NCBI GenBank assembly: GCA_043228905.1
Contig: JBHGNT010000003.1
Coordinates: forward strand, 2,852,001 to 2,916,000
DNA length: 64,000 nt
Reading direction: 5' to 3'
From: Azolla caroliniana
Lineage: Eukaryota; Plantae; Polypodiophyta
Part shown: in pieces, positions 63,151 to 64,000 of the stretch
Layout: each line of letters begins with the position of its first letter
Numbering within the stretch: position 1 is the stretch's first letter
The notes under the pieces: model-generated
Databases searched by the model: none
The model's input: the letters and a program-made list of their open reading frames with translations, nothing else
Told to the model about the DNA's origin: nothing
Made by a program: the position numbers and the translations under genes

Positions 63151-64000
63151 TTTAGTTTGCGATCATGCAGTAATAGTTTCCTCCACCATTTGTATTTATA
63201 ACATTTTCAATTCTGATTTTCTTCATAACACTCCATCAACCCTAGTAAGGAATATGGCTTCCACCCCTTATAAATGGTCTAAATTCATCCTCATGAGGGG
63301 AACCCCATCTCTAAGCCTAGCACACCAACCTATCACATCCAAGGTAAGCTTATCAAAAGGCCCAAATGCAAACAGTCGAAACATGATGTTGTGATGTGGG
63401 AAATACATAGGAAGAATTAAGTTAAATCAAGGATATGAAAAAGGTTGAGTGCTAGATTGAAGGTATAGTAAGGCTGGTATATCATGAGTTGAAGTTAACT
63501 ATAACAAGAAGGCTTATCTTAATTGGTAAAAGCATGTGCTATGAGTTCAAGGTCAGATGTTCAAGTGGGACCATAGAATATTTAGTGGATAAATTAACAT
63601 GATTGCAAACATTATGATTATCCTTTTGCTAACATCAAACGAAAAGAAAAGCCATGCCATGCAAGTAAAAAGAAGACAAGTGTGGAGCATGCAAAAATAC
63701 AAAACTAAAAACACCCACTTAAATCCTATATAAGTTTCAATTAGGGAGGGAAACAAAGTTAGAGATGCAAAAGTGTTGCCAAAATCTAAAAAGAGAAAGT
63801 TGGTGATCTTATCCTTTCTGTTTATTCCTGTCTTCTTCCTATCTTTCTTCTATTGCTTGTTCACTCCATGTAACAAAACCAAGAGATTTTCTCATTGTAT
63901 TTTCACCCTCATAAACTTATTCATGGTTACAAAAAATTAATATAATATACTTTCTCTTGTTTGTGTAAATCATTGTCTGAGTATCTAGTACAAAGGTTTT

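Noticed and set aside
63150-63400. Gypsy gag remnant on the minus strand (IMFRLFAF..W)
   Set aside because: Similarity too weak to call.
1-64000. Small secreted peptide partner like the grass sS/sZ (HPS10-like) female determinants
   Set aside because: No short ORF with a convincing signal peptide conserved across the duplicated units was seen; a spliced gene could be missed.

Overview
AT-rich eukaryotic (plant) genomic DNA. The window is a tandem birth-and-death cluster of intronless DUF247 (UPF0481/At3g47200-like) membrane-anchored protein genes. Six long ORFs (1034-2656, 9860-11251, 37678-39180, 40550-42094, 50861-52141, 56678-58276) sit among about 15 pseudogenes or fragments, and the copies fall into three recognisable sub-clades that recur in an A-B-C order. 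The spacers are a mosaic of local segmental duplications, solo LTRs, copia/gypsy remnants, minisatellites and a UBA2-like RRM pseudogene. Two signals are not explained by the ORF track. (1) Many spacer repeats translate, mostly antisense, into ordered but decayed NB-ARC-like motifs (P-loop, kinase-2, RNBS-B, GLPL) plus a possible coiled-coil N-terminus, suggesting the amplified unit was a DUF247 gene plus a convergent NLR-like gene. (2) A young 1.47-kb element (6117-7589) has perfect 112-bp terminal inverted repeats, TG..CA ends and a 5-bp TSD, yet carries the 3' end of a chromovirus LTR retrotransposon. The retroelement types weakly suggest a non-seed plant host. All family calls come from motif recognition by eye; no database search was run, and coordinates of decayed features are approximate.
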